Assembly: GCF_001194135.2 (NCBI RefSeq)
Contig: NC_068989.1
Location: 29,693,515-29,757,514, forward strand
Source: Octopus bimaculoides
Lineage: Eukaryota
DNA length: 64,000 nt
Direction: 5' to 3'
Both the position numbers and the translations under genes were made by a program. Positions 1 to 13,339 of this stretch are shown piece by piece. Each line of letters begins with the position of its first letter. The first letter of the stretch is position 1. A model generated the notes under the pieces. That model saw nothing but the letters and a program-made list of their open reading frames with translations, was not told where the DNA came from and made no database searches.

Positions 1-790
1 GGCACCATTGTTTTGGCATGGCTTTTATGGCTGGATGCCCTTCCCAATGCCAGCCACTTTATAGAGAATACTGGATGTTTTTCAAGTGGCACCAGTACCA
101 GTGCTTTTTACATGGCACCATCACTGACAAGGTCTCCAAGTAATTTGCAAGATAAAAAGCACCTCAACTGGGAGTGGGGGACTATTATTGAGGGGGTGGG
201 TGATTTTGTGCCCATTGGTAAAAAATTAAGGTAAAGAGGGATAGAGATAGGTGTCTTGTAGAGTGGACACCTGGATACTATAGTTGAAAGAGAAAGAAGA
301 GGAAGTCAGAGTAAGATAAAGAGAGCAATAGTGAGAGAGATAGTGTTGAAGATGAGCCAGAATATGCTCTCAAGTGACGTTGGGGGTAGTGAGAATAAGT
401 GAGGTCATATAGAAGATTAGACTGGATGAGTGTACAGGATAGAAATGATTCTAGAAAATGATGGAGAGAAATAAAAGAGGCTTCGGGCAGGGATTGCAGT
501 GGATATGTGAGGGCATTGAGAGTGATAGTACATAAGAGAGGTGTTAATGATGGCTAACAGCGAGAAGGTATAGAAAGAAGGTGATCAGTGAAGATAGTAG
601 GCAGGGAAAGATAATGGGAAATGGAAGTGGTTCAGGCTGGAGGAAGGAAGGTAACTGAAAAAGCAGGGGGATGTATAGTATGTGTCTACTGTGCTCTCAG
701 ATGATAGAGAAGTGATAGGTGTTCTGGGATGAAGTTGGAGGGAGCGTAGAGATAGAGAGGTCAAAGATGATGGAGGTGGTGGGTGGAGCA
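1..790 (-). mobile_element. Non-autonomous retroposon-like repeat: pyrimidine-rich body plus RTE-type 3' tail
   Basis: Positions 1-120 match the reverse complement of the tail at 21180-21260 (GGAAGGGCATCCAGC motif). The following segment resembles 42330-42560 and the reverse complement of 53640-53830. Confidence 0.55.
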
Positions 791-1128
791 GAGCCTTGTG
801 CTGACCAAAGCCTTGTGAGTGGATTTGGTAGACAGAAACTGAAAGAAGCCCATCATATATATATATGTATATATATATATATGTATGTGAGTGTGTGGTG
901 TTTGTCTGTGTTTGTGCCCCCCTCCACCACCATTGCTTGACAACCAATGCTGGTGTGTTTATGTCAAAAATGTCAGTTTGGTAAAAATGACTGATAGAAT
1001 AAGTACTAGGCTTACAAAGAATAAGCCTTGAGGTTGATTTCTTTGATTAACAAAAAAGAACCCCTTAAGATGGTGCTCCAGTGTGGCCACAGTCAAAGGA
1101 CTGAAACAAGTAAAAGAATAAAAGAATA
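788..1128 (+). mobile_element. tRNA-derived SINE family A, 5'-truncated
   Basis: Matches the copy at 19452-19857 (GACCAAAGCCTTGTGAGTGGATTTGGTAGAC, internal TA/TG run, GATAGAATAAGTACTAGGCTTACAAAGAATAAG, AAAGAATA tail). Confidence 0.8.
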
Positions 1129-4100
1129 AGGAATTTACATGAAATGATGTAATGAAATAGGTATGTACTATGAGTGTTCACTTTGCTTTACCACTAAAAC
1201 TCCAGCTTCAGCTGCAACTTAAAAGTGTGGTGTTGAGACTGCCTATTGAAGGGAGCTAGAAGTAAGTTTCTCCTTGAGCAGGTAGATACAGATTAAAATA
1301 GAAATGAAAAAGCAAAACGTTTGGTACCACTCAGAAGAACAATTTAGATAGAAAATATGAACATCTAGAGTCTCTTACAGCTGTTTCTAGAATGCCAAGC
1401 ATATGGATCATAATATTGAGTAAGAATTCCATAAGCTGAGTTTACTATCATCAGAGATGAAGAAGTAAGATAAATATAAAAATGAAGAAATATTCACCAT
1501 TGAGGATTTTAGTATATTCCAGTTTGTCAAAAATGAAGGAAGGATCGGAATAAAATAGGTATGCATTACAGTTCTATGATCAAATAAATAAATTATAGGT
1601 AAGGTCCATTGGCAGTTTCAAATAAGAAGTGAGTAGGAATAATATACTACAGTGTGGAGGAAACGCAGAATGGTAGATGTAGCATTGTAGATATAAAGTA
1701 GTCTGAAGAGTGAGCGTAAGTTTGTTAAAAGAGGCTAGTGAGTGTATATAGATAGATAAAGGGATGAGGAATAGCATGTCAGATACTGATCCTCTAGTTG
1801 ACCACCAGTACCCGCTAGAGTTCTAGGGTGGCAGGAGTGGGTGGGAGGGGTTAAGATGGTAATAAAATTGTTGTAAACGATAATGAAGATCTCAAATTAT
1901 AGTGAGCATGATACTACCAGAGGTGAGGCAAAATTTAGGACTCATCTGGTTATAATGGTGCTAGAAATAGGTGTCTATAATGTTAATTAAAATTTTAGAT
2001 TAATATTTTAATCAACAAATGACAACTATGAATTGCTTCGATACTAAGTACCCAGCCAATCCTAGTGTCCTACATGTTGATATACCTAGATTCTAACAAA
2101 TCCTGCAACTGATCCATGCACACACAAGGAAACAGCCTCATCAACGTAACTTTTACTAAAACATGAGGTAACAAAAACAGTTGTCCCACAGTGAATCTAT
2201 AATAAATTACAATAAGAATTCTTTACTATTGCAAAATATAAAGAAACACCCTAGTACCAAAAACAAACAAAACATATTCCATTGATCAAAACGTTAGAAG
2301 CAAAACCAGAAAGAGATTATTCCCAAGATCTTATCAAAGATTACCTGTAAGGAACAGGGCAAAAAGTCAATCTAGATCCACAAACAAATACGGATTATTT
2401 TCCCAGATTGTTAAAGATACTAGTTAAAACAAAAACAATTTACTCAATACCAAAAACAGTTCTGAAAACACAATGAAACAAGGTAAAACGCCACAACTAA
2501 AACACAAGGTTCATCAGGGAAATGACAACAGCAACAGAAATTACAAAGAAGAATCCATTTTTTAATATCAGAACAAAAGACACTGAAAAAAATAAAAAAA
2601 AAAATAAGAAGAAACATTTTTGTTACTCTCTCAGTCACTAAAGGAGGTTCCAGTGATACGCACTGCAAGAACACTGGTACTATTTGCACAGCAAGTTTTA
2701 TGTCACAGTATCTTTCTCCTAGAAGGGCTGCATTCCCTACAGCTTTGTCAAAAACAATGGGAGACTCCGCTACTCTTGGGAAATCTATTTAACCCATAGA
2801 TAGGGCCCTGACAGGTACTACTATTCCTGGGAGTAATGGTAATTAAGGGGTGAATCCATGCACCCTACAGCTCCAGAACTGGATCTTCATTACTAGATGC
2901 AGTTTACTGTCATAACTAGGACAATATATATTGTACTAATACATCTGTTTGTTGTCTACACCACCTGTCTTTGTCTTTTTTCTGGGAATTCTCCCCTTAT
3001 ATATATATATATATATNNNNNNNNNNNNNNNNNNNNNNNNNNNNNNNNNNNNNNNNNNNNNNNNNNNNNNNNNNNNNNNNNNNNNNNNNNNNNNNNNNNN
3101 NNNNNNNNNNNNNNNNNNNNNNNNNNNNNNNNNNNNNNNNNNNNNNNNNNNNNNNNNNNNNNNNNNNNNNNNNNNNNNNNNNNNNNNNNNNNNNNNNNNN
3201 NNNNNNNNNNNNNNNNNNNNNNNNNNNNNNNNNNNNNNNNNNNNNNNNNNNNNNNNNNNNNNNNNNNNNNNNNNNNNNNNNNNNNNNNNNNNNNNNNNNN
3301 NNNNNNNNNNNNNNNNNNNNNNNNNNNNNNNNNNNNNNNNNNNNNNNNNNNNNNNNNNNNNNNNNNNNNNNNNNNNNNNNNNNNNNNNNNNNNNNNNNNN
3401 NNNNNNNNNNNNNNNNNNNNNNNNNNNNNNNNNNNNNNNNNNNNNNNNNNNNNNNNNNNNNNNNNNNNNNNNNNNNNNNNNNNNNNNNNNNNNNNNNNNN
3501 NNNNNNNNNNNNNNNNNNNNNNNNNNNNNNNNNNNNNNNNNNNNNNNNNNNNNNNNNNNNNNNNNNNNNNNNNNNNNNNNNNNNNNNNNNNNNNNNNNNN
3601 NNNNNNNNNNNNNNNNNNNNNNNNNNNNNNNNNNNNNNNNNNNNNNNNNNNNNNNNNNNNNNNNNNNNNNNNNNNNNNNNNNNNNNNNNNNNNNNNNNNN
3701 NNNNNNNNNNNNNNNNNNNNNNNNNNNNNNNNNNNNNNNNNNNNNNNNNNNNNNNNNNNNNNNNNNNNNNNNNNNNNNNNNNNNNNNNNNNNNNNNNNNN
3801 NNNNNNNNNNNNNNNNNNNNNNNNNNNNNNNNNNNNNNNNNNNNNNNNNNNNNNNNNNNNNNNNNNNNNNNNNNNNNNNNNNNNNNNNNNNNNNNNNNGA
3901 GAACCCTGACTGTTCGGATTTATCTGGTTAGAGAACTTTACAGAACCAAGGATTCCCTGTCTGTGTGAACATTGTTATGTTCTTTTTTTCTTTTTCTCTT
4001 CTTTTTTCCTGCTTCTAAATTTTGGTTCTACTTTCTCTCTCATTGAAAATTTTTTTTTTTTTCTTCTTTATTTTGTTTTTTCTAACTTTTATTTTTTTGG

Positions 4101-4138
4101 ACTGTTTTTTTTAACTATTCTGTTGAACTGTTTTGACA

Positions 4139-4800
4139 TGGCAGAGAAAAAAATTGAAAAAATGAACCCTATCTTGTAGTGGGAATTGTGCCCGCCCAGG
4201 CAGTGGTTAAATGACTTCAGGGAAAGAACAGTGGTGTTACGGACGTACTCTAGGTCACTCGACACCATTACGGTCTTTCCCAAAATTGACATTGAAAAAG
4301 AGTTGGCAGAATATCTGCCAACTATTAAGTTTATGGCAAGGGGTGTCAAATACGCGACGCTTTGGTTGCTATTTGACACCCCTGAGGTGGCTCGCAAGTT
4401 TGCTAGCCAGCCACTGGAAGGGGAAAAAATTCTTAACTAGAGCTTGGATCTGTGTGGCAGCGGAGCCAAGCTCCTAAACGTGAAAATTTTACCTACAGCT
4501 GATTGGGTTGGGTCAAAAGTGGTTTTGACCCTGTGGACCCAATCAGCCAGAGATCTTGTTTTCCCAGATTTTTTAAGGATGGACGGGCAGAGATATCCAG
4601 TGATAGTTGAGGGGCGTCTCAATGTTCAATCATATTAAATTATGGTCATTAACCTAAATAAATGGCAATACAAGGTACAAAACTATAAAGTAATGAAATA
4701 ATAAGAATAAACATACTTACAATAACAAAATCGATAGTATATGCATAAATATGCTTAAAACTCTACGAATATAACTTTACGGGGGTTAAACTTGCTGTAC
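4139..4800 (+). mobile_element. Degenerate L1/Tx1-like LINE ORF1 fragment, possibly followed by the start of the endonuclease
   Basis: Broken ORF ending FPDFLRMDGQRYPVIVEGR, then a frameshifted C-x2-(I)-x4-H remnant (TGT TCA ATC ATA TTA AAT TAT GGT CAT) resembling a zinc knuckle. An RGLN-like motif occurs near 4780. Confidence 0.45.
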
Positions 4801-5412
4801 TAACTAGAGAAGGAGAGAGAAAGTGTGAACAACTGGCGTTGGAGTAAGATATAATTGTTATTTTAGATAATATTATAATGTTATTATTCTCATTGTTGTT
4901 ATTATTATTATTATAAATGTAAAAATAATTTTATTATTATTACTATTATTGTTATTAATATAAATATTAAGGAGATGGATATGCTATAATAAAATATTTA
5001 TTACTATTAAGAAGTAATTAAGTTGATAAATGAATGAATAAACAATTAAAAAATTTTTTTAAATAGTAGAAAAAACCTATGTGGATAGGTAGTGGGAGCA
5101 GTATGATGGACAAATTAAAAGAGATATTGATGTCAATGAAAAATTGATATTAAAGTTATGTTCCAGAATAAGTACCGGGGNNNNNNNNNNNNNNNNNNNN
5201 NNNNNNNNNNNNNNNNNNNNNNNNNNNNNNNNNNNNNNNNNNNNNNNNNNNNNNNNNNNNNNNNNNNNNNNNNNNNNNNNNNNNNNNNNNNNNNNNNNNN
5301 NNNNNNNNNNNNNNNNNNNNNNNNNNNNNNNNNNNNNNNNNNNNNNNNNNNNNNNNNNNNNNNNNNNNNNNNNNNNNNNNNNNNNNNNNNNNNNNNNNNN
5401 NNNNNNNNNNNN

Positions 5413-5447
<35 letters not shown>

Positions 5448-7996
5448 TAGTAGTTGGAAAATACCGTTATAGGTATAAAAATGCCATAAACAATTATAGA
5501 AAAATGAAGGAGAAAAAGATGTGGAATCAAATACAAATATGAAAGAAAAAAATTATGACCATAGTAGTTATAATTAAATTTATGCATTGTCATTTTCATC
5601 AGTGTGAAGAATTTTCGTGAGGACATCAAAAAAGGTTTAATAAAAGGAAGTAAATTAAAATAAGATACAATACGGAAGAATATAAGTGGGGTAATAGAGA
5701 AAAAATTGGATATTTGCAAGCAAGTTTTAAAAGGTGAAAAAAATAACTGTAATATTAACAGTAAGAGAGACGAAGGGGAAAAAATACAGACATATCAATG
5801 TGCATAAACCTATATATGTGCAGTAAACTATAACATAAAAATAAGAATGAAAAGCTAACAGGTGTACTGAAAAAAATGGTAACAGGTCGAAAGAAAGTAT
5901 AATAAACAGAGCCATGTGTGTATAGTAGAATATAACGTAACAGGTGGACTAGCAGAACAAAAACCGAAGAGAGTTATACATATACATATTAATATTGAAA
6001 AACGAAAAATATATGTATATATATTTTAAACGAGGCTAAAAAGTGATAGGCAAGACTATGTTTGGAAAAAGTTGCAATATTAAAGTAAAAATGTACATAC
6101 ATGCAGAGAAAAAACCAGGACCAGAAGAATTTGCTGAACATGTATGAATTTGTTAGGAAGCCATACTGAAAATGGTGGTGTAACTGCCAAAACTGCTGCT
6201 TCTATACTATTATAGTGATGAAGTCTTAAACTGAGTTGGAAATATTTACACGAAGAGTCTAACAAACCTACCAGATTCCTTGAAATTTGCACGGTGCCTC
6301 TATTATCGATTCTTTGAGTGATAGCGGATATTTATGCTAACTGGTCCACAAACAGGTACAAAACCACAGCAAATATGGCTGCATATATTTACATCATCCA
6401 ATTCAGAGCAAGTACATAGCACATGTAAATTAACATCAACCGATGTCATGACGTTAAAATGTTTTTTGGGTAGGTGGAATTTATTTATTTGTTCTCAGTT
6501 AACCAAATATTTAATAATTTCAAGTTTTAGTTTAGCCTTTTAATGTTAGAATAACCAAGAACATTTGGTAAGTAAGCAGACATAATACTGTTTCCAATTT
6601 AGGTACAAAGCCAGGAATTTTGTGCAGAACATGTTAATCAATGACACAGACACCACTATTTGACTAGTACTCATTTTATCGACCTTGAATGAAAAGTAAA
6701 GTTGACCTCAACAAGATCTGCAAAACATTTTTTGCTGCTAATTCACCACCCTTGACAATTCACTACCCTATTGAATATGTGTATTTCAATGCAAAATGAT
6801 TTCATTTCCCTTTAACCAAATATTTAATAATTTAAGTTCTCTGTTTGGCTTTTAATATCAGAATAAGCAGACGTAATAGCAAAGACATTTTTTACACATT
6901 CATTTTCATATACATGAACGTGGAACTATTGTACATAATGAAAAAAAAAAAAAAAAAAAAGCTATGTGTCAGCTTAGGTAAGAAACATATAAGCTGAAAG
7001 TGTCATACTAGTAAGAGTAATGCAGTGCAGATGAGTTCTTAATGTACCACACTGAACATTTAAGAAAAGTATATAAATAAACGTTTCATTTCTACTTATG
7101 AGGTGTCAATTTAAAATCAGCATAAAATTTAAAAGGTACCTGACTCTTAACTATTTGTTTTTGTATAATAATAATTATTAGTTTTAAAATCAATATCAAT
7201 TATTATAGAAGAAAAAGAAAGGAAGTCAAAAGAAATATAATAAAGTGTTCTGCGGCAGAGAAAATAATGTCTATTTTTAAAACACTCTTTTTTTCCAACA
7301 ATCTAGCATAAAGTATATAATCAAAAATTTTATTTCATAGCAAAAGCATAAGGAAGAATTGGGAGCCAAAAGCATAAAGTTATATTTAGTTTTCTTTTAT
7401 GCATATATACCCTACTTCTTTTGGACCCTTTTTTTAAACAGATTCGACTGACTGCTGCAGAAAACCAAAAGCTAGGAATGCTACTTCAGTAGCATTAGAT
7501 TACAAGAAACTAGGTATAAAATCTAGCAAAAACATAACCACAATGTACAAAAAAGTCAGAATCATAAAACAGGCAAAAGAATGCTATTTATATGATAATC
7601 AAGAAATATTTTGCTAACAAAAATACTGACTCCATTCTTCATACAGAACCTAAAAAGGTTTCACAATGACACAATTTAAGTGCTTATAGATTTTTTCTTT
7701 TACTTATTTCTGTCATGATGGCACACCATCTTGAAAAAGTCTTGAAGATGAATTGAAAATAATGTTTGCATTCATATTTGAAAATAATGTTTGCATTCTT
7801 CTTCGAATGAAATAATAGCAAATATTCAAATTATATATTAAAATCTCAAATTACTTCCCAAAAGAGTATAGAGGTCATTTTCTAAATATTCAACAGGAAC
7901 ACACACAACAAATAGTGTTCTAGCCAAAGATAATTTTGCAACTAAAATACATAAAACTTTGTAATTTAGTATGATGTAGTTATTTTAGATGTAGAT

Positions 7997-8328
7997 CATG
8001 CCTGGTCAACTCAAATTACATTGCAGGCTACTTTAATCACGGAAAGCTTTTTGAGGGCTGCTTATATACTAACAGAATTGAAAGCATTTTGCTTTCTCAT
8101 GCTATTATTACAATAATGAATGAATGATCATTGATTCAACATGAAGTATTTTCGTTGCAGAAACAGTAGTATCTTTCGTTTTTTACTTTTCATTACAATC
8201 TTTAATTTGTGATCACATTTTTAAAATGTTTGTTTAAATAAACCCATTTCAAGAAAGTATCAAGCAGGATGCAAGATAAAAGTCTGCAAGCCACATGCGG
8301 CCTGCAGACCTCAGGTTGGCCAGCCCTG
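7997..8328. mobile_element. hAT-type MITE
   Basis: TIRs CATGCCTGGTCAACT and (reverse complement) CAGGGCTGGCCAACC. Perfect 8-bp TSD ATGTAGAT at 7989-7996 and 8329-8336. Confidence 0.8.
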
Positions 8329-8414
8329 ATGTAGATTATTAATAATTTTCATTATTTATCAAATATACAAAAATAAAGAATATAAAAATATATAGAATAT
8401 AAAGAATTCAAAAA

Positions 8415-8762
8415 AAAAGTTGTGGTTGTGTGGCAAGAAGCTTGCTTTCAAACCACATGGTTCTGGGTTCAGCCCTGCTTGGGCAAGTGTCTTCTACTAT
8501 AGCCTTGGGCCGAGTGAATTTGGAAGATGGAAACTGAAGCCTCCCTCTCTCTCTCTCTGTGTTTGTTTGTCCCCCACAACTGCTTGAAAACCAGTATTGG
8601 TATGCTTACATCCCTGTAACTTAACAGCTTGGTAAAACAGACCGACAGAATAAGTACCAGGCTTTAAAAAAATAGTGCTGGGGTTGATTCATTCGATTAA
8701 AAATTTTTCAAGGTGATGCCCCAGCACAGCCACAGTTTAATGATTGAGACAAGTAAAAGATA
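8415..8762 (+). mobile_element. tRNA-derived SINE family A, decayed
   Basis: Aligns by eye to 19452-19857 (GGTTCTGGGTTCAGCCC, GGGCAAGTGTCTTCTACTATAGCC, GACAGAATAAGTACCAGGC). Confidence 0.75.
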
Positions 8763-8961
8763 TCAACATTTTCACCAATAGCTGATTATTAATCAAAATT
8801 AGTTGGGGTTTAAAGTTGGATTGCAAATAATGGCAGAAGTAGCTGAATTAAGCTGTAATAACTGAGCTTAAGTTAGAAATTTATACTGAACAGTTTGTTA
8901 TGCAGTCTCTGGTGTGGAGTAAACAAAGACATTCCATTTTTATACAATGAATGTAAATACT

Positions 8962-9115
<154 letters not shown>

Positions 9116-9522
9116 GCTTTTAAATTTCAAAACAATGTAATAATCAAGTTTTATTCTTAATGTGAATTGAACATTCAATATGAAATTTATATTTACTAGT
9201 TGCAACAAATACAATAAAGTTTGTGTAGGTTACAATATAACTGGGAATCCTATCCTCTCCAAAACTTTTCAGTAGTTGTATAGGCAGGTAAACAATGAGG
9301 ACACATGCATACTATGTCATAGATAAATAGAGAGATTGTTTACATAACTCAGCAAGTCAGTAGCTCAAATAAGCATTTACTAACAGTTCGGTAGGTCATC
9401 ATACTATTTAGTGTGGATGATATATCCTTCAATTTATTTTCTATTATCATAAAAAACTTTTTTAAAGAATTAATTTCCCTTAATACTTATTACCAGAAAG
9501 AAACAGAAACAATAAAATAAAA

Positions 9523-9653
9523 CATTATTTACATTATTTACATTTGACAGATATTTGTCATCTTGTTGTTAACAACAAACAAGATGAGGACAAATATCTG
9601 TCAAATGTAAATAATGTACATAATTCCTCATATCTTAAATATAGAACTGTATT
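9523..9653 (+). mobile_element. Hairpin-only (internally collapsed) copy of the 31479-31825 retroposon
   Basis: Palindrome at 9531-9617 centred on GTTGTT|AACAAC. Same tail (CATAATTCCTCAT..TTAAATATAGAACTGTATT). TSD AATAAAATAAAA at 9511-9522 and 9654-9665. Confidence 0.8.
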
Positions 9654-10000
9654 AATAAAATAAAAGTTAAATGAACTGCAATTCTAATTTCTTTAATGAA
9701 ATAAAAACTTCCAGAACTATTTTGAATACTAAATTCACAAAAATGCAATTTGGAAATTTTAGCTTGTTAAAATAATTTCAAAGTAAAGAGAAGTTAAATA
9801 TTACTTACTTTCCTCTCAACACACACATCGCAAATTTATATAACCTACACACATGACTTGAGTGATTTGGCTACTAGAGCAAGCTGAAGAAACATGTAGA
9901 GATTGAATGAAGTGTGATAGTGCTGGTAGTCATATTTTTGCTATTGTTTATAGGTCAACCCTGATTAAGCAGGCCACTGATCAAAAGTAGTCTGGCCATG

Positions 10001-10043
<43 letters not shown>

Positions 10044-11037
10044 GTGCGTGTGCGTGTGTTTTGGTAGTTTTCTTTACAGGAAAAGTATAATTTGGACTAT
10101 TTTATATATGTCTTTTTTTTTAAAAAAGGTTGTAGTATGAAGTGACAGACATTTGGCTATTTCTACCAAGTTCGACAATCTCAAAGAAGTTCATTTGTTG
10201 ACTTTATAGATAGAAGGGCACCCTGGCACACATTATGTCAGGTTGTAAAACAATACTCACTCAAGGGAGATATAGGTACCACCATGACAAGGTGCTTATG
10301 ACACTCACTCACACTCTAGAACACCAGATACAACAAAAGAGGAAAACAACACCATCAACAAATTCCATGAGAGAAAGAGAAAAGCCATTAACAAGAGCAA
10401 GGAGAACAACCAGTTTACTACAAGAGACCGTATCACATGATATGAAATAGACTTGAGGAAAAGACAGAAGTTTCCACAGGTTGTCAAATAACATTGAGGC
10501 CAGACATTTTCTTGTCTAAGAAGACAAACAAAATAGTACTAATCAACTGTACAGTGCTGTGGAAAGAAGGGTACCTCATGTCAAACATTTGAATGGAAAA
10601 GTACCAAGTACTAGGACATTTCATAGGATTGCAGAGAAAGGATGGTAGGCATACCTATGCCCAGTCAAGGTTCACTGTAGAGAATTCCCTATTCACTCAG
10701 TGTGGAGAAATACTTATAGCTATTGGAATAAGAGGGAGCAAGACAGCTATGTGTGGGATAGGAGAAGCAGCAGCAAGACTCTTGTTAGTTATAGAAGCAA
10801 GAAAGGAGGACTAAGATGAAAGCCAAGAGGACAAGATGAATATTGATTTGCCCATCACTGCTGAATCACCAACAGAAGAGTGTGTTTCAGGATTGAAATA
10901 GCCAATGATCATTGGACACTGTTGGATGACATGATTAGCTCCTAGTCAAATGCTACATTCACAGTAGGTGAATGAAGGAGTAGCATCTTCCCTTAGATGT
11001 CATCTCTCTCTCTCTCTCTCTTATATTTATATATATA

Positions 11038-12627
11038 CAGTGAAGGGAAATAAATATTCGTACATGTCAAAATTCTTTATTTATTTAATTTCTAATGAAC
11101 ATAAAGGGGATATACCAATACTATATTTGCATACACATGCATAATCTAAGAATATGCAAAAGAAACTAATAAATTATAGTAACTAATGAATTTATATACA
11201 AATATAAATATTTAGGGGTGAAAAAGGTATTCGTACAGAACATAAATAACTGATAATTCTGATTTAATANNNNNNNNNNNNNNNNNNNNNNNNNNNNNNN
11301 NNNNNNNNNNNNNNNNNNNNNNNNNNNNNNNNNNNNNNNNNNNNNNNNNNNNNNNNNNNNNNNNNNNNNNNNNNNNNNNNNNNNNNNNNNNNNNNNNNNN
11401 NNNNNNNNNNNNNNNNNNNNNNNNNNNNNNNNNNNNNNNNNNNNNNNNNNNNNNNNNNNNNNNNNNNNNNNNNNNNNNNNNNNNNNNNNNNNNNNNNNNN
11501 NNNNNNNNNNNNNNNNNNNNNNNNNNNNNNNNNNNNNNNNNNNNNNNNNNNNNNNNNNNNNNNNNNNNNNNNNNNNNNNNNNNNNNNNNNNNNNNNNNNN
11601 NNNNNNNNNNNNNNNNNNNNNNNNNNNNNNNNNNNNNNNNNNNNNNNNNNNNNNNNNNNNNNNNNNNNNNNNNNNNNNNNNNNNNNNNNNNNNNNNNNNN
11701 NNNNNNNNNNNNNNNNNNNNNNNNNNNNNNNNNNNNNNNNNNNNNNNNNNNNNNNNNNNNNNNNNNNNNNNNNNNNNNNNNNNNNNNNNNNNNNNNNNNN
11801 NNNNNNNNNNNNNNNNNNNNNNNNNNNNNNNNNNNNNNNNNNNNNNNNNNNNNNNNNNNNNNNNNNNNNNNNNNNNNNNNNNNNNNNNNNNNNNNNNNNN
11901 NNNNNNNNNNNNNNNNNNNNNNNNNNNNNNNNNNNNNNNNNNNNNNNNNNNNNNNNNNNNNNNNNNNNNNNNNNNNNNNNNNNNNTCCCTGAAGCTAACA
12001 AATCTTCTTGCAACTCCTTTCTGGTGATCATTGCATTTTTTTTTTTCACTTCATTTTTCTTCAAGATCTAGGGGAAATCTTGCATGGTGCACCGGATCTT
12101 ATTCTGTTTTCAACAGTTCCCGATTTTTTATCTTTCAATAAATGAAGATATGGTAGAAAATGGAATACAAAGAGTATCTGATATTTTCCTGTAACTTTTA
12201 CCTGCTTTCCACTGTTCAATAATTAAGTTTTTCACTGAATTTGTGAGTTCTTTACTTTTCGCCATTATTACAACACTACTTTATGTTGTCTCAGTGCTGA
12301 ATGAAGAGGCTAGTGTTTTCACACTTAAAAATGACCACTGTTAAGATTATTGGAACAAATGACAAAGTTCTAGTAAAAAAAAAAAAATTTTAACAGTATT
12401 TTGTGGCATAGAAACTCAAATTTATTCTGTACGAATACTTTTTTCACCCCTAAATATTTATAATTGTATATAAATTCATTAGTTACTATAATTTATTAGT
12501 TTCTTTTGCATATTCTTAGTTTATGCATGTGTATGCAAATATAGTATTGGTATATCCCATTTATGTTCATTAGAAATTAAATAAATAAAGAATTTTGACA
12601 TGTATGAATATTTATTTCTCCCCACTG
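11038..12627 (-). mobile_element. Tc1-family DNA transposon with ~205-bp IR/DR termini, defective transposase
   Basis: TA|CAGTG...CACTG|TA ends. TIRs at 11038-~11245 and ~12421-12627. Minus-strand MAKSKELTNSVKNLIIEQWKAGKSYRKISDTLCIPFSTISSFI (ATG at 12265) ... RSGAPCKIS ... ITRKELQEDL, with stops and frameshifts. The catalytic part falls in the N-gap. Confidence 0.9.
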
Positions 12628-12710
12628 TATGTCTGTATGAGTTAGAGGTTAAGCAACCATCCAAGGGATAGTAAATATCCAATATACTACTGGATGTATA
12701 CCTACGTATA

Positions 12711-13339
12711 CTATCTTTCTGATCATATCCAGAGAACTGCATGCAGTGCATGTCTCCTTGGTTCACATGAGGGGACACATTGTTCATTATCCTAACTAAG
12801 TCAGCTCTTATGCTAATTTTCACACAGTGCAACAAGGCAGAGTTCTTGTGAATACCATATTTGGAAGCTATGGGCTTCATTTAATAGGAGAGGAGGTGTA
12901 CTTTGTTGTTTATAGTCTCTAACCAAAGTTCAGTATCAAGGATAGGGAATCTATTGTTAGGGAGCATAGTAGGGTAATTTGTGGTTACCTTGATACTTTG
13001 GTGGATGGAGTTAACTATGTGCTGGATGCTCACCATTGCACTCCTCTTGGCTTTCTCAGTATTGTCACATGAGGTTGTCCTAACCAGAATATTAATATCA
13101 TCTATATACCTACAGTATAGTAATACCACTACAGATTGTTCATCTAGGGACTGTCTGAGTTTTCTGTCCCAACACAGAAATGCCCAGAACTTCATGCGAT
13201 GCATGCAGTTCTCTGGATATGACCAGAAAGATAGGATTCAAGTATACAGTGGGACTAGAAAGAAATTAGATAACATCATATCTTATGATGTTAGTGGTAC
13301 CCCACCCAACTAGATACCAAAGTAAACATTGGAACAGGA
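12711..13339. mobile_element. Penelope-like element (PLE) RT fragment with an inverted junction
   Basis: Minus strand: LCWDRKL...LYCRYIDDINILV...FPILDTELW...Y*MKPIASKYGIHKNSAL...LVRIMNN. Plus strand from ~13185: NFMRCMQFSGYDQKDRIQVY, a PLE RT C-terminal-like segment. Confidence 0.7.

Noticed and set aside
2897-5719. Long ORFs in the track here and at 11264-12064 and 37659-38644
   Set aside because: They are open only because of N runs.
10200-10960. Possible decayed LINE RT
   Set aside because: Motifs are too eroded to assign without a search.
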